DNA of 64,000 nucleotides from contig JASFYR010000010.1 in the NCBI GenBank assembly GCA_045047115.1, positions 32,001-96,000 of the forward strand. The letters are read 5' to 3'. The notes under the pieces are model-generated. The model was not told the DNA's origin, searched no databases, and saw nothing but the letters and a program-made list of their open reading frames with translations. This DNA is from Sulfurospirillum sp. Its GTDB lineage: Bacteria > Campylobacterota > Campylobacteria > Campylobacterales > Sulfurospirillaceae. The translations under genes and the position numbers were made by a program. Below, one piece after another: positions 50,991-59,603 of the stretch; positions within the stretch are counted from its first letter, which is position 1, and each line of letters opens with the position of its first letter.

Positions 50991-51656
50991 ATGAGAAAAA
51001 AGAAAAAAGTTTTATTGCTTGAAGATAACCTTCTGTTTGCCCAGACACTACAAGAGTATTTAGAAGATAAAAATTTTATAGTTGACATCTCAATAGACGG
51101 GGAGGAAGCACTTCAAAAAAGTTACTATACAAATTATGACCTATATCTTTTGGATGTAAAGGTTCCAAAGATAAACGGTATGGATTTTTTAAAAATGCTC
51201 AGAGAGAGCGGAGATGAGAGACCTGCCATGTTCATAACTTCATATCAGGACTTAGAGACTCTTAAAAAAGGCTATATGTTGGGTTGCGATGACTATATGA
51301 AAAAACCTATCGACTTAGAGGAATTATCATATCGCATAGAAGTCCTTCTTAAAAGCAGAAACAAACTGAACACAAAAATGAGATTGAACGATAAGTACTA
51401 TTATGATTTTAAACAAAGAACTATATTTTGTGATGATATCGCTATCAAAGTCTCTATGAAAGCCATACTGTTACTGGAGATTTTTTTGGAAAACAGATCT
51501 AAAGTTGTCACAAAAGAGCAGATAGTGCAAAAGCTTTGGAGTAGTTCGGATGAATACAGTGATGGTTCTATCAGAGTATATGTCAACAAACTAAAAAGCA
51601 TAATAGGTAAAAAAAGTATTGAGAATATAAAAGGTATAGGCTATAAGTTAACTTAG
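50991..51656 (+). CDS. OmpR-family response regulator
   Basis: LLED, LLDVKVP..NG, DDYMKKP receiver motifs; winged helix IRVYVNKLK...GIGYK. No adjacent kinase. Confidence 0.94.
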   Translation: MRKKKKVLLLEDNLLFAQTLQEYLEDKNFIVDISIDGEEALQKSYYTNYDLYLLDVKVPKINGMDFLKMLRESGDERPAMFITSYQDLETLKKGYMLGCDDYMKKPIDLEELSYRIEVLLKSRNKLNTKMRLNDKYYYDFKQRTIFCDDIAIKVSMKAILLLEIFLENRSKVVTKEQIVQKLWSSSDEYSDGSIRVYVNKLKSIIGKKSIENIKGIGYKLT

Positions 51657-51685
51657 AGCATAACTTAACTAAAAAGGAGAATAAG

Positions 51686-53710
51686 GTGAATAAGTATTTG
51701 GTGATTGCTATTTCGCTAGCGGCGGCAGCACATATATGTGCTGCTCAAAGTGTAGATTTAGACAAGATTACTGTACAAAGCACGGTGATAAAGACAGAGG
51801 TAACAAATGTATCAGGAGAGGATTTAAAGTCGGCTGACTTGGCAGAGGCTTTGACAAAGACAGTTCCTAGTATAACGATTCAAAGAAGAAGCGGTATAGC
51901 AAATGATATAATCTTAAGAGGACAAAGAAAAGACGATATCAATGTTATCATTGATGGAGGAAAGATATATGGAGCCTGTCCAAACAGAATGGATCCGCCT
52001 ACTTCACATATAATCACAAATAATATAAAAGATGTTGAAGTCATAGAGGGACCTTATGATGTTGAGGATTTTGGAACACTTGGTGGTGCTGTTAAAGTTA
52101 CCACAAATCAACCCACAAAAGATCCGCACGGCAATGTAAATCTCAATATGGGAAGTTGGGGGTATAAAAAAGCTTCAGCATTTATAAGTGGGGGGAATGA
52201 TAATGTGAAAGTACTTGTCGGAGCCTCAACAGAACAAAGTGACCAATATAAAGATGGCTATGGACATACTTTGGCCGAACAGTTAAAAATTGCAACGGAT
52301 GGGACACCAAATGCTCCAAAACAATACAAACCATCAGAATTTAATAGGGAAGCCTATAAAAAAACATCTTTTATGGGAAAAGTTTATATCAATATAACTG
52401 ATAATCAAGAGTTAAGACTCGGATATACAGGTAATAGAAGCGACAATATCCTCTATCCTTCAACTCCTATGGATGCCATATCGGATGACTCTAATCTTTA
52501 TAATATCCAGTATATCGCTAAAAATCTCGGAAAATACTCAGATAGACTCAATTTTAAATACTACTACTCAACCGTAGATCATCCAATGACAACTCAATAT
52601 AGACTTATGAGTGGTGGGGCAGCAGGTACAGTAGCCAATGTAATGAGTTCAACCATATATGGAGCAAAGCTGAACAATGACTTTCATATAGATGATACAA
52701 AAATCACCTATGGTATAGAAGCGAGCAAAAGAAACTGGAATGGAACATACTATAAAGACTACACAACAAATCCAATAGTACTAAATGCAAGTATCCCTGA
52801 TGTAGATACTACAAATTTTGGTCTTTTTGCAAAAGTAAAAAAGAGTTACGGAAAGTTTGATGTCAATGGTGGTTTAAGATATGACCACACTAAGATAGCG
52901 GCTGGGAACAGTGATCCTGACAGTAATTTCAATGACTTAAGCGGATATCTCTTTACATACTACAATCTAAACAATAACTTCAAATACTTTATTGGTCTTG
53001 GAAAATCAATAAGAGTACCTGATGGCAAAGAGACTCACGATAGAGGTAAAGACTTAACCGGTGCTACTGATGGGCCTCTTATAGGAAATCCCTATCTAAA
53101 AGAGACAAAAAACTACGAGACAGATCTCGGTATTGAAGGCACATTTGACAACAGCACCTTTAAAGCAAAAGTTTTCTACTCAATTTTAAAAGATTTTATT
53201 GTTTACAATGCTACTGCTACTCAGTATCAAAATACAGATGCAAAGATATACGGTATAGAGTTTAGCGGATCATACTTTGCTACTGATGATCTCTATTTTG
53301 ATTATGGCATAGCTTATCAAAGAGGCAAAAAAGATAGTCCACTAGCAGGACAGACAGATACAAACTTGCCATCCATTCCACCTGTGAAAGCAAATATAGC
53401 CGTCAATTACGATGTTGATTCAACTCTAAGTTTAAAAGCTGAGGTTGTAGCATCTGGCAAATGGAGCAGATATGATTCCGACAATGGCGAACAAGAGATC
53501 AACAGCTGGAGTGTCCTGAATTTAAAAGTAAGCAAAGATTTTTACAAAGGATTTAATATCACTTTGGGAGTCGACAATCTATTTGATAAAGCTTATGCCG
53601 TATCAAATACCTATAAAGACCTAAATCTAGTAGCCGGATCAACAGGGGATGTTATGCTTCTAAATGAACCTGGTCGCTACTTATACGCAAACTTATCATA
53701 TAAATTTTAA
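51686..53710 (+). CDS. TonB-dependent receptor, OprC/NosA-like copper receptor
   Basis: Plug GACPNRMDPP (CxxxM) and barrel VDHPM (HxM), the copper-binding motifs known from Pseudomonas OprC; C-terminal F. Confidence 0.85.
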   Translation: MNKYLVIAISLAAAAHICAAQSVDLDKITVQSTVIKTEVTNVSGEDLKSADLAEALTKTVPSITIQRRSGIANDIILRGQRKDDINVIIDGGKIYGACPNRMDPPTSHIITNNIKDVEVIEGPYDVEDFGTLGGAVKVTTNQPTKDPHGNVNLNMGSWGYKKASAFISGGNDNVKVLVGASTEQSDQYKDGYGHTLAEQLKIATDGTPNAPKQYKPSEFNREAYKKTSFMGKVYINITDNQELRLGYTGNRSDNILYPSTPMDAISDDSNLYNIQYIAKNLGKYSDRLNFKYYYSTVDHPMTTQYRLMSGGAAGTVANVMSSTIYGAKLNNDFHIDDTKITYGIEASKRNWNGTYYKDYTTNPIVLNASIPDVDTTNFGLFAKVKKSYGKFDVNGGLRYDHTKIAAGNSDPDSNFNDLSGYLFTYYNLNNNFKYFIGLGKSIRVPDGKETHDRGKDLTGATDGPLIGNPYLKETKNYETDLGIEGTFDNSTFKAKVFYSILKDFIVYNATATQYQNTDAKIYGIEFSGSYFATDDLYFDYGIAYQRGKKDSPLAGQTDTNLPSIPPVKANIAVNYDVDSTLSLKAEVVASGKWSRYDSDNGEQEINSWSVLNLKVSKDFYKGFNITLGVDNLFDKAYAVSNTYKDLNLVAGSTGDVMLLNEPGRYLYANLSYKF

Positions 53711-53714
53711 TCGC

Positions 53715-53745
53715 AAAGGCTGACATACTTTATTGCCAGCCTTTT
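53715..53745 (+). terminator. Intrinsic terminator-like hairpin between the receptor and exbB
   Basis: AAAGGCTGACA...TGCCAGCCTTTT. Confidence 0.55.
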
Positions 53746-53762
53746 AATTAAGGACAGATAAA

Positions 53763-54185
53763 ATGGATTTACTCTTCTTAAAAGAGATGGTTGACTATGG
53801 AATAATAGGGTTTTTGGTTTTACTTAGCATCATATCTTTGACATTTTTTATAGAGAGATTAATTTTTTATAAAAAAATAGATACTACAAAATACAAAAAT
53901 CACAAAGTGCTCGAAAACAGACTTACAAAACACTTGACTATCATAGGTTCAATTGCCTCAAATGCACCATATATTGGTCTTTTAGGCACAGTAATGGCCA
54001 TCATGATAACATTTGCCACAATCGGAAACAGCGGACTTGATGCCGCAAAAATCATGAGCTCCATTGCATTGGCTCTGAAGACTACTGCTGTCGGTCTGGT
54101 CGTAGCTATATGTTCTATGTTTTTTTACAATATTCTAGCAAGGTTTACAGAAACTATATTGGCAAATTACGATGAAGAAATTTGA
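53763..54185 (+). CDS. exbB: TonB system energizer ExbB
   Basis: ASNAPYIGLLGTV and ALALKTTAVGLVVAI motifs. Confidence 0.94.
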   Translation: MDLLFLKEMVDYGIIGFLVLLSIISLTFFIERLIFYKKIDTTKYKNHKVLENRLTKHLTIIGSIASNAPYIGLLGTVMAIMITFATIGNSGLDAAKIMSSIALALKTTAVGLVVAICSMFFYNILARFTETILANYDEEI

Positions 54186-54540
54186 CTCTATCAATGTTGT
54201 TCCTTTTATAGACATAATGTTGGTGCTGCTGGCAATTGTTCTGACAACATCAACATTTGTAGCAAAAGGCATAATACCCCTCGAACTGCCACAAGGAAAT
54301 GCTAAAAAATTGGCTAAAAACAAAAGTATTACTATCAGCATAAAAAAAGATGGCAAAATATACCTTGATCAGCAAGAACTGACAAAAAAGGGACTCGAAA
54401 ATCGTCTTGAACTTATGAGCAAAAAATCAATTATACTCATCAGGTGTGATAAAAACTCAAAATTTCAATCTTTTGTTACCGTACTAGAAGAGTTAAAAAA
54501 TCTAAATTATGAAAATATCTCTATAGTTACAAAAAAATAA
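54172..54540 (+). CDS. exbD: TonB system protein ExbD
   Basis: INVVPFIDIMLVLL motif. Confidence 0.95.
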   Translation: MKKFDSINVVPFIDIMLVLLAIVLTTSTFVAKGIIPLELPQGNAKKLAKNKSITISIKKDGKIYLDQQELTKKGLENRLELMSKKSIILIRCDKNSKFQSFVTVLEELKNLNYENISIVTKK

Positions 54541-54542
54541 AA

Positions 54543-55232
54543 ATGCGTTGCTTTTTCTCTCTTTTTACTTCTATAATCATACATTCGTTCATATTTATAG
54601 GTTTGATTTTCTCATATCAAACTATAAAAATGCCACAAAAAAAAGAGAGGATAATATCCATAAAAACTATCAAATTTCAAAAACCTAAACCTAAGTCTAA
54701 ACCAAAACCAAAGCCTAAACCAAAGCCTAAACCAAAGCCTAAACCAAAGCCTAAACCAAAGCCTAAACCAAAAAGAATAATAAAAAAAATTATCCATAAA
54801 CCCAAGCAAATAAAAAAAGAATTAACTTCGGTAGAGCCAAAAAAAGTTTTTCCTAAAACTATAAAAAAAGATATTTCTAAAAAGACAGTAGAAAAAGTTG
54901 AGGATAATTTAACCAAATCAACTCCAACATATCAACCAAAAATTGATTTGAAAGCTAAATATTTAAAGTATAATTACAAAAAGATACTATCCTCCATCAA
55001 AGACTCAAAATTCTATCCGAGAAGAGCAAAAAAACTCCATATACAAGGAGCTGTAAAGATAAAATTTTTACTAAAAAAAGATGGCTCTGTAGTAATCGAA
55101 GAGTTAATTTCCAAAAAAAGGTTTCTCAAAAAGGCAACTAAAAAAATTATCGAGAAAGCAAGTATCTATTTTCCTAGACCACCGGAGGATTTAAGCATAA
55201 AAATAACTCTGGTATTTAAATTACAAGATTAG
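54543..55232 (+). CDS. tonB: Energy transducer TonB
   Basis: SIIIH TM motif, (KP)n linker, YPRRAK...QG.V C-domain. Confidence 0.92.
   Translation: MRCFFSLFTSIIIHSFIFIGLIFSYQTIKMPQKKERIISIKTIKFQKPKPKSKPKPKPKPKPKPKPKPKPKPKPKPKRIIKKIIHKPKQIKKELTSVEPKKVFPKTIKKDISKKTVEKVEDNLTKSTPTYQPKIDLKAKYLKYNYKKILSSIKDSKFYPRRAKKLHIQGAVKIKFLLKKDGSVVIEELISKKRFLKKATKKIIEKASIYFPRPPEDLSIKITLVFKLQD
54705..54764 (+). repeat. 12-bp tandem repeat AAACCAAAGCCT x5 (KPKP) in tonB
   Basis: Five perfect units read directly. Confidence 0.9.
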
Positions 55233-55281
55233 AAAACTTATCTGAGTTAGCTACCATTTTTATCAGATAAGCATCGACATT

Positions 55282-55866
55282 CTATTTTTTCTTTGGTATC
55301 ACTATCTTAAGTATTCCATCTTTATACTCTGTCTTTAGATTTCCGGTATCTGCATCGCTTGGCAAACTCAAACTCCTGATAAATGTACCCTCGTACATCT
55401 CTTTTTTTATAAAATTTGGATTCTTCTGATCTTTCAAGTTTTTAGTTCTTGCCTCAATAGTAAGCACTCCATTCTTGGTATTGATTTTGATATTGTTTTT
55501 TTCACTTCCGGGGATACTCGCACTCAACTCATATCTGTCTTTATAGCTTTTCATGTTTAAAGCAGGCGATATACTCATATCTTTATTAAAAAACTTCTTA
55601 AACTCAGGCATTGCAGCAAACTGGGAATTCATAGAGTTAAATATCTTTTGCATATTTTGCTCCATCTTTTGCATCTGCTCAAACGGATTTCCTGCAAAGA
55701 TTTTATCCAAATCATCATCTTTTACGAGTGGTTGATTTAGCTGCTTAACAGGTAAAATTTTTTGACTAACGCTTGGATTATTTGTCTTGTTAACATAGAT
55801 ATAATATCCCTGCAAGCCAATCACTACCATCAATAAAAAAACTATCAAATATTGTATATTTTTCAT
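55282..55866 (-). CDS. Hsp20/alpha-crystallin family protein with an N-terminal membrane anchor
   Basis: IPG...GVLTI...GTFIRSLSLP...YKDGILKIVIPK. Start placed at ATG 55866 after AGGAGG; the ORF track gives 55890. Confidence 0.9.
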   Translation of the reverse strand: MKNIQYLIVFLLMVVIGLQGYYIYVNKTNNPSVSQKILPVKQLNQPLVKDDDLDKIFAGNPFEQMQKMEQNMQKIFNSMNSQFAAMPEFKKFFNKDMSISPALNMKSYKDRYELSASIPGSEKNNIKINTKNGVLTIEARTKNLKDQKNPNFIKKEMYEGTFIRSLSLPSDADTGNLKTEYKDGILKIVIPKKK

Positions 55867-55911
55867 AATCCACCTCCTGTGAGGCTCCACATGTAGAGCC
55901 TCTTGTATCTT

Positions 55912-56337
55912 TTATTTTACAGCTATGCTTTTTGCCTTCTTGGCTTCAACTTTTTCAAGGGTTATATACAATCTTCCATCTTCAAACTTTGCATCAACTT
56001 TATCTCTGTCTATATCATCAGGTAGCGCAAAAACTCTCGAAATCTCACCAAAATAGCTACCCATCATGTAGTAATCTTCCTCTTTTACCTCCTTTTTCAT
56101 CTCTCTTACAGCACTAACTCTCAAAAAGTTATCTTCTACTTTTATATCTATATCATTTTTATCAACGCCGGGCAAATCCACCTCTATAGTAAAAGTATCA
56201 CTATTTTTTTTCGCTAAATTTGCGAAAGGAAGATGGCTTGCTACATTTGTAAAAATCTCTTTTGTCTTTTCCAGGCCACTCTCGATACTCTTTTCCAAAT
56301 TTTCACCAACTTTTTTTGTGCTTTTTACTATATCCAT
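55912..56337 (-). CDS. Hsp20/alpha-crystallin family protein
   Basis: EVDLPGV...FGEISRVFALP...AKFEDGRL. Confidence 0.93.
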   Translation of the reverse strand: MDIVKSTKKVGENLEKSIESGLEKTKEIFTNVASHLPFANLAKKNSDTFTIEVDLPGVDKNDIDIKVEDNFLRVSAVREMKKEVKEEDYYMMGSYFGEISRVFALPDDIDRDKVDAKFEDGRLYITLEKVEAKKAKSIAVK

Positions 56338-56347
56338 AATATCCCCC

Positions 56348-56794
56348 TTACTTGATCTCTATCTTTTTAGGTTTTGTGTCTATGTTTTTTTGCTTAGGTA
56401 TTTTCACCTCCAAAACACCATTTTTGCTGTTTGCAACTATCTTGTCTGCATCTACATCTTTTGGCAAAGTGAAACTTCTTACAAATTTTCCATATCTGCT
56501 CTCTATCTTGTAGTAGTCACTCTCTTTCGTCTCATTTTTGACTTTTCTCTCTCCAGATATACTCAAAACATTGTCTTTCACATCTATAGATATATCACTT
56601 TTTTTTACCCCGGGAAGATCAACTTCGACATAGTAGGCATCATCTGCTTCCCTACTGTTTACGATGGGAGCAAAAGAGGATATACCTGCCTCATAACCCT
56701 GCTCTTCTAAGCCTTCCACAACATTGTTTAGATACTCAAAACCTCTTCTAAGTTCTCTTAATTCTCTAAACGGTTCAAATCTTGTAAGTAACAT
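56348..56794 (-). CDS. Hsp20/alpha-crystallin family protein
   Basis: EVDLPGV...SGER...YGKFVRSFTLP...NGVLEVKIPK. Confidence 0.95.
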   Translation of the reverse strand: MLLTRFEPFRELRELRRGFEYLNNVVEGLEEQGYEAGISSFAPIVNSREADDAYYVEVDLPGVKKSDISIDVKDNVLSISGERKVKNETKESDYYKIESRYGKFVRSFTLPKDVDADKIVANSKNGVLEVKIPKQKNIDTKPKKIEIK

Positions 56795-56816
56795 TGCGAA
56801 CTCCTTATATAATTTT

Positions 56817-56837
56817 ACTTAGTCTAATAGACTAAAC
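56817..56837 (-). promoter_or_regulatory. HAIR-like (HspR) operator
   Basis: TTAGT-N7-ACTAA inverted repeat between the predicted -10 (56852-56847) and the RBS of the first hsp20. Confidence 0.6.
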
Positions 56838-56869
56838 TTTGATGAAATTTTACCAATAAAGGGGAAGTT

Positions 56870-56895
56870 TTTTATGCTACTTTAGTAGCATAAAA
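56870..56895. promoter_or_regulatory. Palindrome TTTTATGCTAC-TTTA-GTAGCATAAAA; possible CRP/FNR-type site and/or terminator of the upstream Crp gene
   Basis: Perfect 11-bp arms centred about 42 nt upstream of the predicted hsp20 TSS. Confidence 0.5.
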
Positions 56896-56901
56896 CAAAA
56901 A

Positions 56902-57573
56902 TTATGAAGAAATTTTTAGTTTTTTGAGTAGTTTTTTCATATCTTTTATGATTATATTTTTTCTTTTAGTCTCTATCGCACCTGAGTCTTTAAGCTCATT
57001 GATATGCCTATCCACCACATGTCTAACTGTGCCTATCAAACTGGCTATTTCGCTTCTTGAGAGATTTTGCAATAGTGTTTTTACCCCTTTTCTCGGAGGC
57101 GTTAAATTTTTAAGTATTAAGTGTATCAACCTGTCTGATGTATCATAAAGTGAAAGTTCTGTACTCAGCTCTTCCATTTTTCTCATTTGGTTTGCGATAT
57201 AAGGAAAAAATATACGATTAAATGCGGGATTTGTGTCTATCCACTCTCTTACTTTTTCTATGGGCAGCCTAAGAGCTTCTCCATCTTCTATAATCTCAGT
57301 TACTACTTCATGAATTTTGCCATCGAGCAGAGTGATGGTATCAAACATATCACCCAGAGAAAGCATAAAGATAGTCTGTTCTTTTGAGTTTTCAAGACTT
57401 ATCTGATAGACCTTAATGCGTCCACTTAAAAAAATATAAAAGTACTTTGTCGCATCATAACTACTGAAAATGTATTGATTTTTTTTAAATGAGATTAGTT
57501 TTGCATATCTGTTTATCTCATTTTTTAGTGTATCGTTAAGATTCTCAAACAGTTCTATCTTGTATTTTCTCAT
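56902..57573 (-). CDS. Crp/Fnr family transcriptional regulator
   Basis: SGRIKVY...EQTIF...GDMFD N-domain and LSRSEIASLIGTVRHVVDR HTH. Confidence 0.92.
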   Translation of the reverse strand: MRKYKIELFENLNDTLKNEINRYAKLISFKKNQYIFSSYDATKYFYIFLSGRIKVYQISLENSKEQTIFMLSLGDMFDTITLLDGKIHEVVTEIIEDGEALRLPIEKVREWIDTNPAFNRIFFPYIANQMRKMEELSTELSLYDTSDRLIHLILKNLTPPRKGVKTLLQNLSRSEIASLIGTVRHVVDRHINELKDSGAIETKRKNIIIKDMKKLLKKLKISS

Positions 57574-57608
57574 AATAGTATTATAGCAAAACTATGGATT
57601 GCAAGGAC

Positions 57609-57629
57609 GGTCGAGGAGATCCCTCGACC
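57609..57629 (-). terminator. Hairpin after the first nosL-family gene
   Basis: GGTCGAGG-agatc-CCTCGACC. Confidence 0.55.
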
Positions 57630-57647
57630 AATTTTTGAAGAATGTGT

Positions 57648-58337
57648 TTATCTACCCGACAGGTATAGTGCAACAGCTTGGAAAGGCTTGCCTTTTATCT
57701 TTCCACACAAATTGTGCTCTTTTATATATGTTTTAGCAACAGCAGGATTACTAAATCTCTTTTCTGTCATCTTGCACTTTTTATTGTATATCTTTCTGCC
57801 CATTTTTGCCATTTTTGCCTGCTTTTTCTTTATACCCATCATCTCTTTTTTAAGATTTTTCTTTACCATTTTTTCAAGTTTTGCATACTTCATAATCTTT
57901 CCGCCAAATTTTTTGGCAAAAGCCTGAGCTGCACTTTTTGTTCCAAAAGCATACTTACTCACCATAGACATCGTTCCTGGTTTTTTTGAACCTACGACAT
58001 AAAATGCTTTTGTTGCATTTATAAACTTCAAAGTTGTATTATCAACTACTTCGGGATCAACCGGATCACCACCGTTTTTAACCGCCTCTTCTACCATACA
58101 GTGTATAGAGCAGTATTGATGAACTTTTCCATTAACTTTTGCTGCGTGATTTGTTTTGTAAAACATAGGAAGTGTCATACCACAAACCTTACAGAACATT
58201 TTGCCTTTTCCTTTTTGTACAATCTGTGCTTTTTGCATTGGAACTGCTCTAAAGTTTTTCATTTTCATATTTTTTTGCATACCGCCTGCTGATAAAAACA
58301 TAGAAAATGCCACTAAAACAAATAAGAATTTTTTCAT
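57648..58337 (-). CDS. NosL family protein
   Basis: Signal peptide, CKVCGM, YCSIHC, AFYVVGS..PGTM, AF....A..FAKKFGG. Confidence 0.88.
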   Translation of the reverse strand: MKKFLFVLVAFSMFLSAGGMQKNMKMKNFRAVPMQKAQIVQKGKGKMFCKVCGMTLPMFYKTNHAAKVNGKVHQYCSIHCMVEEAVKNGGDPVDPEVVDNTTLKFINATKAFYVVGSKKPGTMSMVSKYAFGTKSAAQAFAKKFGGKIMKYAKLEKMVKKNLKKEMMGIKKKQAKMAKMGRKIYNKKCKMTEKRFSNPAVAKTYIKEHNLCGKIKGKPFQAVALYLSGR

Positions 58338-58433
58338 TTTTACTCTCCTTGAAATTTTTCGTAATTGTATTTAATATTTGTTAAATTTGTATTAATTAAC
58401 ACAAATTTAACAAATATTTGATAATATTTCGCC

Positions 58434-59561
58434 ATGAAAAAAATATTATTATTTACATTTATCATATTTCTGTCTCATCTGTTTGCTGACTTCTCAAAAG
58501 AAACTACTATAAAACCAGAACTATTTCAAGCTGGAAGTGAAAAAAAGTGGTGTCCAATCACCGGCTTAAAGATAGCTGATTTTTACAAAACTTCATACAT
58601 AGCAAAACTAAAATCAAACGGAAGATACAGACAATACAGCTCCATAAATGCGCTAGCCATTGACATGAAAGAGAGTGGCTTGGATGCAGACTCCATAAAA
58701 GCACTGGATACCCAAAAAGAAGAGTATATAAATGCCAAAAAAGCATATTTTTTGATAAACTCAACAATCACTCCTACATTTGGCAAAAGCGCCACTCTTG
58801 CTTTTAAAAACCAAAAAGATGCGTTAAAATATAAAAAAAAATATGGAGGAGATATTGTTGATTTTCAAAAAGCTCTACATGCAGCAACCTCTGGCATAAA
58901 AGAAAACATCTCTTATATGAGAAAAATATATGAGAAAAAACTATATATCATGGGAAAGAAAATATATGAGAAAAGATGCAAAAAGATTGATTTGAGTGAC
59001 TTTATAGAGATAAATGAATTAAAAGCAGAAGTCCTAAAAGACAAGTTCTGCGGAAACTTGGATGAAAGACATTTGCAAGCGCTCGCTCTTTACCTGTGGG
59101 ATGTTAAAAGAGAAGGTGGAATCAGTAACAAAACACAAAAAGTCACAGTCAATGAAGATGAAAAGTGCCCTGTTTGCGGTATGTTTGTCTACAAATACCC
59201 AAGATGGGCAGCTCAGATATTTTATAAGCACGGAAATCATCAACACCACCTCTCGTTTGATGGCGTAAAAGACATGATGAAGTTCTACTTCAACAATAAA
59301 AAATGGGGTAAATATGATTATGCTAAAAGAAAAAATATCACCAAAATACTTGTAACAGACTATTATAAGCAGTATGCCATAGACGCAAGAGGTGCTTTTT
59401 TTGTAATTGGAAGTAATATTTATGGTCCTATGGGGAATGAACTTGTGCCTTTTTCAACACTTCAAGAAGCTAAAAACTTTAAAAATGATCATAAAGGCAC
59501 AAAAATATTGAAATTCAGTGAAATAAAGGAGAGCTTACCTTACAAACTAGATACCAAGTAA
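58434..59561 (+). CDS. NosL family protein (tandem domains)
   Basis: Degenerate first domain (CPITGL, YSSINA) and intact second domain (CPVCGM, FDGVKD, GPMGNELVPF, DHKG). Confidence 0.88.
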   Translation: MKKILLFTFIIFLSHLFADFSKETTIKPELFQAGSEKKWCPITGLKIADFYKTSYIAKLKSNGRYRQYSSINALAIDMKESGLDADSIKALDTQKEEYINAKKAYFLINSTITPTFGKSATLAFKNQKDALKYKKKYGGDIVDFQKALHAATSGIKENISYMRKIYEKKLYIMGKKIYEKRCKKIDLSDFIEINELKAEVLKDKFCGNLDERHLQALALYLWDVKREGGISNKTQKVTVNEDEKCPVCGMFVYKYPRWAAQIFYKHGNHQHHLSFDGVKDMMKFYFNNKKWGKYDYAKRKNITKILVTDYYKQYAIDARGAFFVIGSNIYGPMGNELVPFSTLQEAKNFKNDHKGTKILKFSEIKESLPYKLDTK

Positions 59562-59603
59562 AAAGATTTGCTATAATGCTGATAATTTTTATAAAGGGAC
59601 GCT

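Noticed and set aside
54681..54772. Antisense ORFs with FRLW/GLGF repeats
   Set aside because: Shadows of the TonB (KP)n linker, which is a normal feature.
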